Shown: positions 33,308 through 44,659 of the stretch, piece after piece | How the letters are laid out: each line of letters starts with the position of its first letter | Position numbering within the stretch: the first letter of the stretch is position 1 | NCBI RefSeq assembly: GCF_902713615.1 | Contig: NW_024055445.1 | Location: 1-64,000, forward strand | Length of the DNA: 64,000 bases | Direction of reading: 5' to 3' | Source of the DNA: Scyliorhinus canicula | Taxonomy: Eukaryota | The notes under the pieces: generated by a model | The model's input: the letters and a program-made list of their open reading frames with translations, nothing else | Told to the model about the DNA's origin: nothing | Databases searched by the model: none | Translations under genes and position numbers: made by a program

Positions 33308-33819
33308 GGTTCCCAGTGGGAGGATTTACAAGGGCAGAATGGTGGTAAGGGTGTAAATTTACTTATAGAGCAATATCCAATGGCAATTCTTCAGAAGCCG
33401 CTTTTCAAACCATAAAATGTCGAATTATCAAGAAAGATTGAATGATGTTAAGGCCGTTTTACATTATTTCTGAGTCACTTCATTTATGATTTTAACTGAT
33501 CGTTAACTCTATGCATCACACTCGTTATTTTTCACTTTTTTCCACTTCACTTTTCATTGTTACAGAATGTTCTGTGCTGTTCTTTCACTCATTCCGTTAA
33601 TATGTTAACACTTTCCCTTTCTTCGACTATATTTCCAATTCTCTTCATATTTCTCCCTCTTTAACTCTTCCGCTTCTATATAGGTGTTGTTCTCATTCCC
33701 GCTTCCCATGGAATACAACGCCCCGCTTCATGAAACGCCGATATTGCAGCCACAGTGAAGCGGCTTTGTAAGGCGGTGCAGGTTTTTGTATGGGGTCTCC
33801 CTCTGTTAGTTACATTGTG

Positions 33820-34152
33820 CCTCACGGCGCAGAGATAGGTGGCAGCGTCTGTAACATGCGCCTCTCTCACAGTTAGGATACTGAGCTTGTTGTCTCCACC
33901 GATTGAAGCTGTAATCCTCCCGTGTTGATCGGTTTCTCTTGTGGCCATCACCAGATGCTGGGGTGACTGATTCGGGTACTGTCTGTACCAGAGTACGATG
34001 CTAAATGCAATGCTGATGGAGCAATTCATGGACACATTACCCGTTTCACTAACAACCATCCATCCAGGGAGCTGCTGCACCTCATCTTCTCCGCTCACCT
34101 CCGTGCAGATCAAAGTGAAACACAGCAAAATGCCTGTGTGAACCCGAAGCAT
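33820..34152 (-). CDS. TCR alpha/delta V segment with leader fused to V in one exon, intact
   Basis: MLRVHTGILLCFTLICTEVSG-EDEVQQ...MNC...VLWYRQYP...DAATYLCAVR; canonical CACAATG-23-ACAAAAACC RSS at 33781-33819. Confidence 0.9.
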
Positions 34153-34387
34153 TATCAGTTCTCACGCAATACCGAGCTCGGCTCAGAACCGGGAGATGAA
34201 AACTATATTCTGAAAAATTAACGGGGAACCAAACACTAACTTCGGGTTCACCTAGTGACGTGTTTCTGTTGAACTAACTAAATAGGCTTATGGTTTAACC
34301 ACCCATTTCCCACGTTTCACACTGACACCAGCTCGCACTGTGAGCACACACCTGACCTGCTACCTTAAATACTTTTCATGTATCGCA

Positions 34388-34401
34388 CTGCCCTCTGGCG
34401 G
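34388..34401 (-). promoter_or_regulatory. CTCF-consensus motif CCGCCAGAGGGCAG
   Basis: ~240 bp upstream of the - strand V ATG. Confidence 0.65.
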
Positions 34402-34858
34402 TGTGAACTGGCAAGTGCACGGTGCAATTATTTACTTAAACTGCCGACAAGTTGCAGTTCACGATATAGTAACGAATGAGAACAGGAATTCCCTCCTGCC
34501 TGTTATAGCTATTTTATTGTGGGAGAGGCTAAATCTCACTTTCCTGTCTGCTGTCCAACGATTGCAGTGCCTTTTGCTCACTATCTCTTCCTGCAAAGCT
34601 GACCAGTCGGTTTGACAAGACGAAGATCCTGATGAAGGTCCTTATATCATTTTCCAATTTGAACCTGTCAAATGCGAACTCGTCTCTCTATCGGACATTT
34701 GTAACATCCCAACAGTAATAGCAACAGTGAAAACACATGATAATAAATAACTTTTTTTAAAATTCAAGTTTCATATCAGTGTTAAAATAATGTTTCTGTT
34801 TCCGCATTCGCTCCCTCCATCACATTTTATTCACGAAAGATACTCACCCAGTCTCTCA

Positions 34859-34872
34859 CCGCCCTCTGGTGG
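34859..34872 (-). promoter_or_regulatory. CTCF-consensus motif CCACCAGAGGGCGG
   Basis: ~710 bp upstream of the - strand V ATG; preceded by GCTG on its own strand. Confidence 0.65.
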
Positions 34873-35399
34873 CAGCTACAATCACTACAACGTGCGCTTA
34901 AAAATACCTGTCCCGTTTCTGGAACCTAAGGCCATAAGACATAGGAGCAGAGTAAGGCCATTTGGCCCATCACGTTTGCTCCGCCGGTCAAACACAGCTG
35001 ATGTACGTCTCATACCCAATCCCCTGCCTTCTCCGCATAACCCTGGTTCCCTTATTAATCAAGAAGCTGACTATCTCTGTCCGGCGTGGGGCAGCTGAGG
35101 CTCAGCGAGGTAAGAAGCCCTCATTTTTGCGGCACCAGCTGCCGGAAGGGAAGTGTTTAAAGGGACAATTAAAAAGGCATGTGGGACAGACAAGGCGGGG
35201 TATCGGACGGGGGTGGGGGGGGGGGGGTGTGGGCGGATACAATGGGGAGGGTGGTGCGTTGGTCGAACAGCAAGGGAGGGGGTCTGCTCAGACCGGACTT
35301 GTGTCGGGTCAGACCAGAGGGCCTCTGCTGGAACAGAGAAGCCGGGGGGGGGGGGGGGCGATCGAATGGGAGTCGCAGGAGTCGAGTGGGATCGGAGGG

Positions 35400-36684
35400 A
35401 GGAGGGTCAGGCTAGACTGGAGTTGGGGGGTCAGGCTGGTCTGGAGTGGGAGGGTCAGGCTGGACTGGAGTGGGAGGGTCAGGCTGGATTGGAGTGGGAG
35501 GGTCCGGCTGGACTGGAGCGGGAGGGTCAGGCTGGACTGGAGTGGGAGGGTCAGGCTGGACAGGAGTGGGAGGGTCAGGATGGGCTGGAGTGGGAGGGTC
35601 AGGCTGGACTGGAGTGGGAGGGTCAGGCTGGACTGGTGTGGGAGGGTCAGGCTGGACTGGAGTGGGAGGGTCAGGCTGGACTGGTGTGGGAGGTTCAGGC
35701 TGGACTGGAGTGGGAGAGTCAGGCTGGACTGGAGTGGGAGGGTCAGGCTGGACTGGAGAGGGAGGGTCAGGCTGGACTGGAGTCGGGAGTCAGGCTGGAC
35801 TGGAGGGTCAGGCTGGACTGGTGTGGGAGGGTCTGGCTGGACTGGAGTGGGAGTGTCAGGCTGGACTGGAGTGGGAGGGTCAGGCTGGATGGAGAGGGAG
35901 GGTCAGGCTGGACTGGAGGGTCAGGCTGGACTGGAGTGGGGGGTCAGGCTTGACTGGAGTGGGAGGGCCAGGCTGGACTGGAGTGGGGGGTCAGGCTGGA
36001 CTGGAGTTGGGGGTCAGGCTGGACTGGAGTGGGAGGGTCAGGCTGGACTGGAGTGGGGTGTCAGGCTGTTCTGGAGTGGGAGTGTCAAGCTGGTCTGGAG
36101 AGGGAGGGTCAGGCTGGACTGGAGGGTCAGGCTGGACTGGAGTGGGAGGGTCAGGCTGGACTGGAGTGGGAGGGTCAGGCTGGACTAGAGAGGGAGGGTC
36201 AGGCTGGACTGGAGTGGGAGGGGCAGGCTGGACTGGAGTGGGACGGTCAGGCTGGACTGGAGTGGGACGGTCAGGCCGGACTGGAGTGGGAGGGTCAGGC
36301 TGGACTGGAGTGGGAGGGTCAGGCTGGAGTGGGGGGGTCAGTCTGGACTGGAGGGTCAGGCTGGACTGGAGTGGGGAGTTATGGCTGGACTGGAGTGGGT
36401 GGGTCTGGCTGGACTACAGTGGTAGGGTCAGGCTGGACTGGAGTGGGAGGGTCAGGCTGGACTGGAGTGGGAGGGTCAGGCTGGACTGGAGTGGGAGGGT
36501 CAGGCTGGACTGGAGTGGGAGGGTCAGGCTGTACTGGAGTGGGAGGGTCAGGCTGGTTTGGAGTGGGGGGCCAGGCTGGACTGGAGTGGGATGGGCAGGC
36601 TGGACTGGAGTGGGAGGGTCAGGCTGGACTGGAGTGGGAGGGTCAGGCTCGACTGGAGTGGGAGGGTCAGGCTGAACTGGAGTG
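35400..36684 (+). repeat. G-rich 24-bp minisatellite (GGGAGGGTCAGGCTGGACTGGAGT)n, ~53 copies
   Basis: 8-aa periodicity (RVRLDWSG) in the ORF track; includes some shorter and variant units. Confidence 0.95.
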
Positions 36685-37300
36685 AGGATAGGGGGTTTGC
36701 CAGGCATTTTTGCCCATCCAGCCTGCACGGACCCTCTGAATGAGCACCCTCCCTCGGCCCACTCCCCAGCCCTCACCCTGCACCCCACTTAACGTTCACA
36801 TCCTTGGAAACTAAGGGACATTTTTCGAATGGCTAATCCAGTTAGCCTGCACATTTATGCTTTTCACGGCTCGGTATATCATCATATTCGCAAGGCCTAA
36901 TGTTGACGCAAAATACAGAGTTTTCATCCAAACGCCATTGTTTACAAAAATGCCCACCAAATTCATTCGAATGTCCTTTGTCCCGTTCTGGGCGAAACAA
37001 CTGCCCACCTCACATTATAAATAAGGCTATTCCTGTTAACCTATTTAAGGATTAGCATGGAGATTAATAAATTTAATTTGTTGCTTTCGATCTACGCCAA
37101 CAGGATCAATTGGAGATCGAATGCCCTGTGAGAACATTGGTTGAATGGAAGAGAAAAGGAGCTTACAGGCAATTGGATGTGACCGATGACGTTGTGAGCA
37201 ATGTACCAATCACCAGGTACTCGGATGTGACTCATCCTCTTCTCAACTCTTGACGAAAACAATTTCAGCCTCAACCATTTATTTTCAAAGCTGCCAGGAA

Positions 37301-37487
37301 CTGAAATGAAATGAAATGAAAATCGCTTATTGTCATGAGTCGGCTTCAATGAAGTTACTGTGAAAAGTCCTTAGTCGCCACATTCCGGCGCCTGTTCGGG
37401 GAGGCTGGTACGGGAATTGAACCGTGCTGCTGGCCTGCCTTGGTCTACTTTCAAAGCCAGCGATTTAGCCCAGTGTGCTAAACCAGC
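37301..37487 (-). mobile_element. family A SINE ending 4 bp upstream of a V start codon
   Basis: Reverse copy with a (tgaaa)n tail at 37301 and head ending tgtgctaaaccagc at 37487. Confidence 0.8.
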
Positions 37488-37491
37488 AAAC

Positions 37492-38508
37492 ATGTCGCCT
37501 GTTACTGTGTATTTATTCCTCACAGCGGCCGTTCTTTTAACCGGTAAGTTCACAAGTTGCATAACTCTTTCTGTCACAGCTTTTCCATACATGACATTCT
37601 GTCAGACAGGTCGCTCAATACAAGGGGGTGGGTGTGGGTGGTCGGACATATAGATTGACCCCAACTTCGAAACGTCATCCGGATCTTGCTGGTCTCAGCA
37701 CAGAACACTGTTTGCTGGAAGTCGGCACATTTCCCAAGGGAATGAGAGCGGAAGAGTTGGGCTGAGATTGAAGCTTCTCTGCTGCTAGTGAATGACCTTG
37801 ACAAACAGCGGACTTTCAAACCTACAGACCATTAGTACTTTCCGCTTCCAGTTTCAGTGACTGAAGCTGAGGTCCGGACCTCGTTAGAAAGACGGGACTC
37901 ATCAAGACTTGATATCATCAAGACAAGTTCCTTCTCCTTCCACTTCCTCTCAGAGATCACAGTCAGGTTTAATCTGAGCATGGGGACCTCCCAGAGGGAC
38001 TTTGTTACTAAAAAGATGTGTGTTAAAAGATTTACAATTTCCAAACATTTTCCCGTTACAGCCACTAAGCTGTGGGATATATATTTATGTTCTGCTGTCT
38101 GCTCACTCTCTGAGGCTATTGTTCAGGATGACGGGATGGTTCTGCGGTATAGACTCAGTGAATTCGCATTATTTAATTTAAAATCACTCTGGGTTCTTAC
38201 AGGACATTGTCGAGGAGATTCCGTTTCTCAGACACCGGCTACTGTCACAGTGAGTGAAGGAGAAGATGTTCAGTTATTCTGTAATATACAGCTACAAGCT
38301 CGAGCAATCCTTACCTATTGTGGTACCGTCAGTATCCCAGCGGATCCATGGAGTACCTGCTGCAGATTAGTAAATACATCGGGAACACAGAGAGATCCTC
38401 AGGGGGCCGTTTTTCCGCGGAGCTCAATGATACAATCCGCACCGTCCTGCTGAATGTGTCTAAAACAGAGCTGACAGACTCCGCGGTGTATTACTGCGCA
38501 CTGAGCCC
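37492..38508 (+). pseudogene. TCR delta/alpha V segment with a single 1-nt frameshift
   Basis: Leader MSPVTVYLFLTAAVLLT (37492-37543, GTAAGT). V exon from 38203: GHCRGDSVSQTP...LFCN. Restoring one T at ~38285 gives YTATSSSNPYLLWYRQYP...DSAVYYCALS. RSS CACAGAG-23-ACAAAAACT at 38509-38547. Confidence 0.85.
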
Positions 38509-38960
38509 CACAGAGACACAGAGCTGGGCTGAACCTGTACAAAAACTGTCAAAGTGCCATTCAGCATAACAGAGCGTTAGGCAAACACGGTGATCAGCGG
38601 CGAGTCTGAAATGGCGCCTGAAATCGAGGTGATAACTCAACTCTTCAATTCTAACATACACTTTTAGCACTAATATATTTATTGCCAAAATAAAGCAATG
38701 GAAGGGGCCAGTTTCGTGAATGAACACTAGAATATTTATAGAGCTTCAGGTTGCAAAGTGTTTCACCGTCACTGTTTTATACAACGTGGAAAACCTTGCA
38801 GCCAATTGGACCCAGCATATCATTCCATACAGTAATATTTAATAGTCTCGCTGTTACAGTCATTGTGATTGGTGGATGGATATCGGACAGGGCATTTCTC
38901 CTGTTCTTTTTTTTGGAAATGGCGGCCATGAGATATAAATGCCTCCATTGTTATATGTCT

Positions 38961-39030
38961 CACTGTGTCTGCTTCGCACAGAGATACATTCCGGAGGAAG
39001 GCAGTATCCTCAATGTAACATATTATCCAG
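38961..39030 (-). pseudogene. 3' end relic of a V segment (same family as 42270-42652)
   Basis: ccggaatgtatctctgtgcgaagcag (GMYLCAKQ) is identical to the 42-kb V and is followed by heptamer CACAGTG (38961-38967); nonamer not preserved. Confidence 0.6.
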
Positions 39031-40184
39031 AGGCCAGGAACTCTGACAGTGCAGCATTCCCTGAGGGATGCACCGTCTCCTCGGTGAATTGCAGGATTCT
39101 TGTTCCTGACGGACTACCGGTGCCCTGTTGAGAGGAAGGAACCTCTCAACAGACTGGAGATAGAATCTTGGAAAATCCCAGAACGTGGTGACCACTCATT
39201 AATCCAATCCGGGAAAAGGAGACAGGAATAAAGAAAAGGAAATTAATAACAAATTAATGATCTTCATGGAAAAAGGAGGACAATTATTTTAACCCCTGGA
39301 GTACATTATTCCTCAGTAAGCCAAAGAAGGACTTTTACTGACGTCGCGCCTTTTACCGACTCCGGATGTCCGAAAGCACTTTTCAACCTCAGGAAGTTCA
39401 TTCCCACTGAAGTCGGTGTTGTGATATCGGAGATATTATTAACACGGAGGTAATTGGGAATGTCTAGTTCTCCGATAGAAAGTGTTGTCATCCTAATGCT
39501 TGAGCAAAGGGCTTTGAGAGTCTTGGTATTTTCCTGGCACTTTGACCTCGTTGCAAATAGTAACCAGAACATTCTGTGACGAATTGGTGGACATCCCTTT
39601 CTCTCTCTCTTTCTCTGTAATATATTGAGGAATCACATTGATTTGAAACCTGTTAAATCTCTTAGTCAGACCACCCAGTGATATTGGAATAAAACAATTT
39701 ATTCTGTTCACTGTCTAAGTCACCACTGTCATCCTCCTCATCCTCCAGGTACCATCACCTCAGGTGGCGCTGGTTGACCATTGGCTTCCATTACATTGGC
39801 CCATGATTATGTTTTACTGCAGTGCTTTCAATTGTCTCCTGCAGTTTGGTTGACCAAAAAACTCTCCAGCTCTTACGACCTGTCAATGCGCATCTTGGAA
39901 GAATTTACAAGCATCAATTGGTTTAACCAGACTGCGAACCAGAAAGTCCTGAAGTGGGGCTGGATTCCAGAGCCTCAGGCCCAGAAACGTGCTCTGTGCG
40001 AGATCTTCTGTAATTCATACATAGGCTCTTGCCCTAAATACATATCGTTTACCTGGAAATGACATGAAACATAGACACTTCCTGTACCCCTCAGCTGTCA
40101 GCTGTAACGGCGGTGAACTGACGCCTCTGTAAATTTTGGACACAGATAATGTCGTAGCGCCATCTGTGAAACAGCGATTCTCGA

Positions 40185-40385
40185 TTTCATAGAATTTCAT
40201 AGAATTTACAGTGCAGAAGGAGACTATTCGGCCCATCGAGTCTGCACCGGCTCTTAGAAAGAGCATCCTACCCAAGGTCAACACCCCCACCCTATCCCCA
40301 TAACCCAGTAACCCCACCCAGCACTAAGGGCAATTTAGGACACCAAGGGCAATTTATCAAGGCCAATCCACCTAACCTGCACATA
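40185..40385 (-). mobile_element. HE1-like SINE 3' part
   Basis: tagaattt tail and 'gcagaaggag..cattcggcccatcgagtctgcaccggctc'. Confidence 0.7.
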
Positions 40386-40926
40386 TTTATCCTTGAATAT
40401 TGGGGAGATTTTATTGTGGCAACTTATTACGGGGTTTATTACTTTGATGTTTTTATTACCGCATTTGAGGCATTTTCCATTACATTGCTTTTGCTACACT
40501 TGCTATTTCGGATTGACACGACATCATTTGCCTCAATCTTCGGACGTGCCTACGTCATTTGTAAAGTACTTGTTATTTGCATAAATAGCTTAACGAAATA
40601 AACTGATATATCCACAACTGATAAATTTGGAATGTTAATTTCGGTAGAATAGAAGGCTTGAAGGTTCCCTAAACATCAAACAATGACGGTAACCAAATTG
40701 CAGTAAGCCAATGTATCATCCAATGATTTACGTGTTTCTACTACGGATTATCTGCTAATTAGATTATTAGAAAGAATAAAGTATATGTTTTAAGTCCATA
40801 AGCAAGAACCTTTTAATCGATTTTGCTTGTATCACACTCACTTTTAAAGCCCATTCGCTACATGTCTCTTCAGTCCCCATATCGAGTGAGCTCTTGTACA
40901 GGATTCTCAACTCTTGTTTCACAGTG

Positions 40927-41198
40927 TCTCACTGCATTGTAATACACCGCACAGTCTGTCAGCTCTACTGTGTTAACACTGAGAGTGGTGGAGCCTTTCT
41001 CAAGGTCCAGGGATACTTTAAAACTTCCCTGAACTCTTTAACCTCAGAGTGTAGAGACCAGATACTCGGGAGCTTGATTGGAGAACTGCCGGCACCAGTC
41101 ATTTGTAGTGAAAGTAGCGTTGTGATGAAGCGAGATAGTCTGACATTGTGTTACCCGAGATATCGATATCTGAAATGTCTCTGAATGACAAGGAACAG
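40927..41198 (-). pseudogene. TCR V pseudogene absent from the ORF track
   Basis: After ttttaacag: VPCHSETFQISISRVTQCQTISLHHNATFTTNDWCRQFSNQAPEYLVSTL*G*RVQGSFKVSLDLEKGSTTLSVNTVELTDCAVYYNAVR. RSS CACTGTG-22-ACAAGAGCT at 40889-40926. Two stops, canonical Cys lost, leader not found. Confidence 0.8.
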
Positions 41199-41811
41199 CT
41201 GTTAAAACAGAAATAAAATTAACATCACGATATGTCCAAGGAGAAATAGATGAAGTGCTTGAGTATTTAGGCAGAATAGGCTAATCTAACAGTCTATCTA
41301 TCATGATGTGAAGATGCCGGACTGGGCTGGGACAGTAAGAAGTTTTACCACACGAGGTTGAGGTCCAACAGCTTTGTTTCGGAACTTCTTACTGAATCTA
41401 TCTACCATTCTATTTGTCTGTCTGTGTTCCCATGACTATCTAACCATCTATATACCGACTATCAATTTTTCTATCTATCTGCATCATTCATTATCTATCT
41501 TTCCCTTGCACGTCAAGCTAAGTATTTGAAAGAGAAAGAAGAGTCAGATTTTCTGCCTGTGTCTTAACTTTGTAGTTTGGGACAATTAAATAGAGAACTT
41601 TACTTAACCTGCCCTGTTCTTCTATATCTCCTGTAACAACTATAACAGACGTTATTCCTAAGCACCGCATTCTCAACCTTCTCCCTCGACAGAGGATGTG
41701 GTGATCACCCGGTTAAATCACCACCAGTCAGCATTCCACTCAAAGTGGAGAGCACCCTCTGCTGATTTGGGTCTATGGCGGCTTTACTTTACTAGTAACG
41801 GCTATAATGTT

Positions 41812-42105
41812 TTATCATAGAATTTACAGTGCAGAAGGAGGCCATTCGGCCCATCGAGTCTGCACCGGCTCTTGGAAAGAGCACACTACCCAAGGTAAAC
41901 ATCTCCCAATAACCCAGTAACCCCACCCAACACTAAGGGCAATTTTGGACACTAAGGGCAATTTATCATGGCCAATCCACCTAACCTGCACACACGGGGA
42001 GGATGTGCAGACTGCGCACAGACAGTGACCCAAGCCGGAATCGAACCTGGGACCCTGAAGCTGTGAAGTCATTGTGCTATCCACAATGCTACCGTGCTGC
42101 CCTTG
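41812..42105 (-). mobile_element. HE1-like SINE
   Basis: Full head 'gggcagcacggtagcattgtggatagcac' on the - strand. Confidence 0.8.
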
Positions 42106-42269
42106 TGTTGGAAGATTGTCCAGATAGAAGTTTGAACATGGGAAAGTAACATTTATGACCATCACCGGCAACTCTAAAGGTTCTGGTTTGGGGAAAGGTT
42201 AACGGGGCAGCGGAGACCCGACAGAGAACAAGATATTGTCCAGCCGGATCCGCTCTGTGTGTCGCTGTG

Positions 42270-42652
42270 GCTGCTTCGCACAGAGATACATTCCGGAGTC
42301 CTGGACCGCGCTCTCATCTATACAGATGGAAATGGACATCTTTGTTCTCTCCAAGGACAGGGTGTAGCGTCCTTTGGTCTCAGTCCCCTGGTAAATGGAG
42401 GCGATAAATGTGGGAGCCCCTGTCAGTGTCTGTCTGTCCCAGACTACGAAATAGCCAGAACCAATGGAGTGCCAGCAATTCAGTTCAGCCCGATCCCCTT
42501 CCCGAGACACCACCTGCTCAGGGTGGGAGCTCTGATCCTCACACTGAACAGCTGGGAACAAAATAAAATCCACATAACCAAACGGTGTTATGTGATTGTT
42601 AAAACAATGCATCAGATAAGAAAATAAACTCACCCAATATCAGCAGCTTCAT
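42270..42652 (-). CDS. TCR V segment, open but atypical (ORF or pseudogene)
   Basis: Short leader MKLLIL (42634-42652, GTGAGT). V exon 42551-42270: AVQCEDQSSHPEQ...ELNC...VVWDRQ...DSGMYLCAKQ. RSS CACAGCG-23-ACAATATCT at 42231-42269. WYRQ is changed to WDRQ and the signal peptide is very short. Confidence 0.75.
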
Positions 42653-43056
42653 AGTTCCAGCTGGAAACAGCTCTTTCCTGGGATTCCTGGTCACGATGAT
42701 GAAAGTGGACAAAAGGCGGATCAATCCGGGTCTGATTTCCAGACTGGGACTTGCTGCCCCTCAATGTGAGACTGAGGGGCCACATTGTCACCGATTGGAC
42801 TATTATGGGATGTCGTTACCTGGCGTTACTCACGGTGCCACTGAGCGATTGGCTGTTTCTCAATCCATAGACCACTTGAACCGTCATTGATTCCAAACCT
42901 CTCTGCTTCCTGTGTGTAACACCAGGTTACAATGATTCAGATAGTCAGTGCTCTGTTGCCTCTCTGACTGAGCAGAGCCATTGATTATCTTACAATCATA
43001 GTGTTTTACAGCCCAAAGAGAGGAAATTCGGTCCATTATTTTGTATTGCCTCGCTG

Positions 43057-44034
43057 ACCTGCTCACTGCTCAAGTGACTGAGAACAAACAGTGAGGGAGT
43101 GACATGAATGCTCATGAATCATAGAGATTTAGGGAACGGAATGAGCAATTATCTGCTTGTTCCATAGATTTCATCATTTTAAAAATTCTAGTTACTGGTC
43201 CGATATTTATCCACTTCTTTCTTAAACTGATTGATGGATTCTGTTCCCGGCAACGTTTCTCGTGCACTTGCTCCAGTTGCTGAAGTCTCTGCTCAGGATT
43301 ATTGTATTTCATCCCTGCTTCATCTTTCCCAATCCCTCCCACACTCTGTCTGTGCGGTTAATACCAAACGAAAGAAGAGTAACAGAACCATCCATGTGTT
43401 TGAACAGCATTCCCAACAGCGATATGTACATATTTACACTTGCTGTATCTTTTCTAATGCCTGCGTCGTTGTTGATAAATTCTGGATCCTTTAACTCTGT
43501 AACATCATCAGCATCGTGTTCCCAAATTTTCGCATTCGATCCCTGAATTCTTTGTCCTCTTTGACTCATGTAAATTATATTTACTTCTGAGTTCCTATCT
43601 CATTCCATCTACTTTATATGTTTATATGATAGAATCAGACACAGCATTTGTGGTTGCACTTTAGATCAACAACTAATGTTCTTCCGTGTTTATTCAATGC
43701 AGGAAATGATCTGCTGACGCAGCCATACAGATTCCTACAGATCTGCATTGTTTACAGAAGTAGTGATAGGAAGGGGCCAGAGGCAGCGATGTATCCACCA
43801 GCACAATCGGTTCATATCGAGAGCAGCAAACGGAACCTACGGTCGTGGACACCGCAGACTCTAAACTGATCAAACTGTGCGGCGGATCAACTGCTGGAGC
43901 GGAAATAGCGACGGTTCAATCTCCAGAGGCCTGTGACCATCCTGCACCTGCTCACTGCTCAAGTGACTGAGAACAAACAGAAAGGGAGTGACATGAACGC
44001 TCGTGAATCATAGAGATTTAGGGAACGGAATGAG
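43057..44034. repeat. 89-bp direct repeats (43057-43145, 43946-44034) flanking ~800 bp
   Basis: 4 mismatches over 89 bp. Confidence 0.9.
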
Positions 44035-44659
44035 GATTCAGTTTTCCTCTGTCTATTTGAAAACGCTGTCCCAATCGCCTTTCACACCTCACATTAGCCA
44101 TAATGCTTCCCTTCACAATTCTCCTTTGAAAGTTTCCGTTGAATCTTGGTGGAAGTACGGACGTTAACATATCGCAACACAGTAAATAAAATCCATCATA
44201 ATAAATGAAATTCATCTCTCACTGTTTAATTTTTCATGTAATCGGGAAGATTTTGTCTGCTGCTTTTAGAAACAATTACCAGTGATAGATACCACCAAAA
44301 TCAATATTTTTAGCACATCAATTGAATGTCCCTTCTAATCATTCTCTGATTCGATGCGGACCTCACTCTGTGGCCAGGGAAGCCAAGGCCTTTTCCCATT
44401 TAATCTCTCCTGACTTGCTCCCTTTCAGAGCCCTTTCCTGTTGTTCTCTTTCCTCCCTCCGGTAATTCACTTGGTTAAGACGTCCTACATTTCTCACCTG
44501 TCCCGGTTTTAATGAAAGGTGATGTTGAAAGACGAACTTTGTTGTCCTGTCGAGAAATGCCGCCTGACTCCCTGAGTTGTTCCAGTATTTTCAACTTTCT
44601 CCGCAGATGTTAGATCGACTTTCGATGGCAATGACAGTATGCTGCGTTTACTTTCGAGG

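Noticed and set aside
34962-36788. Long ORFs (408, 409, 266 and 218 aa) with RVRLDWSG / GGSGWTGV / EGQAGLEW repeats
   Set aside because: Artefacts of a stop-free 24-bp minisatellite read in several frames.
40075-40170. ETS site, twin CAGCTG E-boxes and a weak CTCF motif as a possible enhancer
   Set aside because: Short motifs with no conservation or chromatin evidence available.
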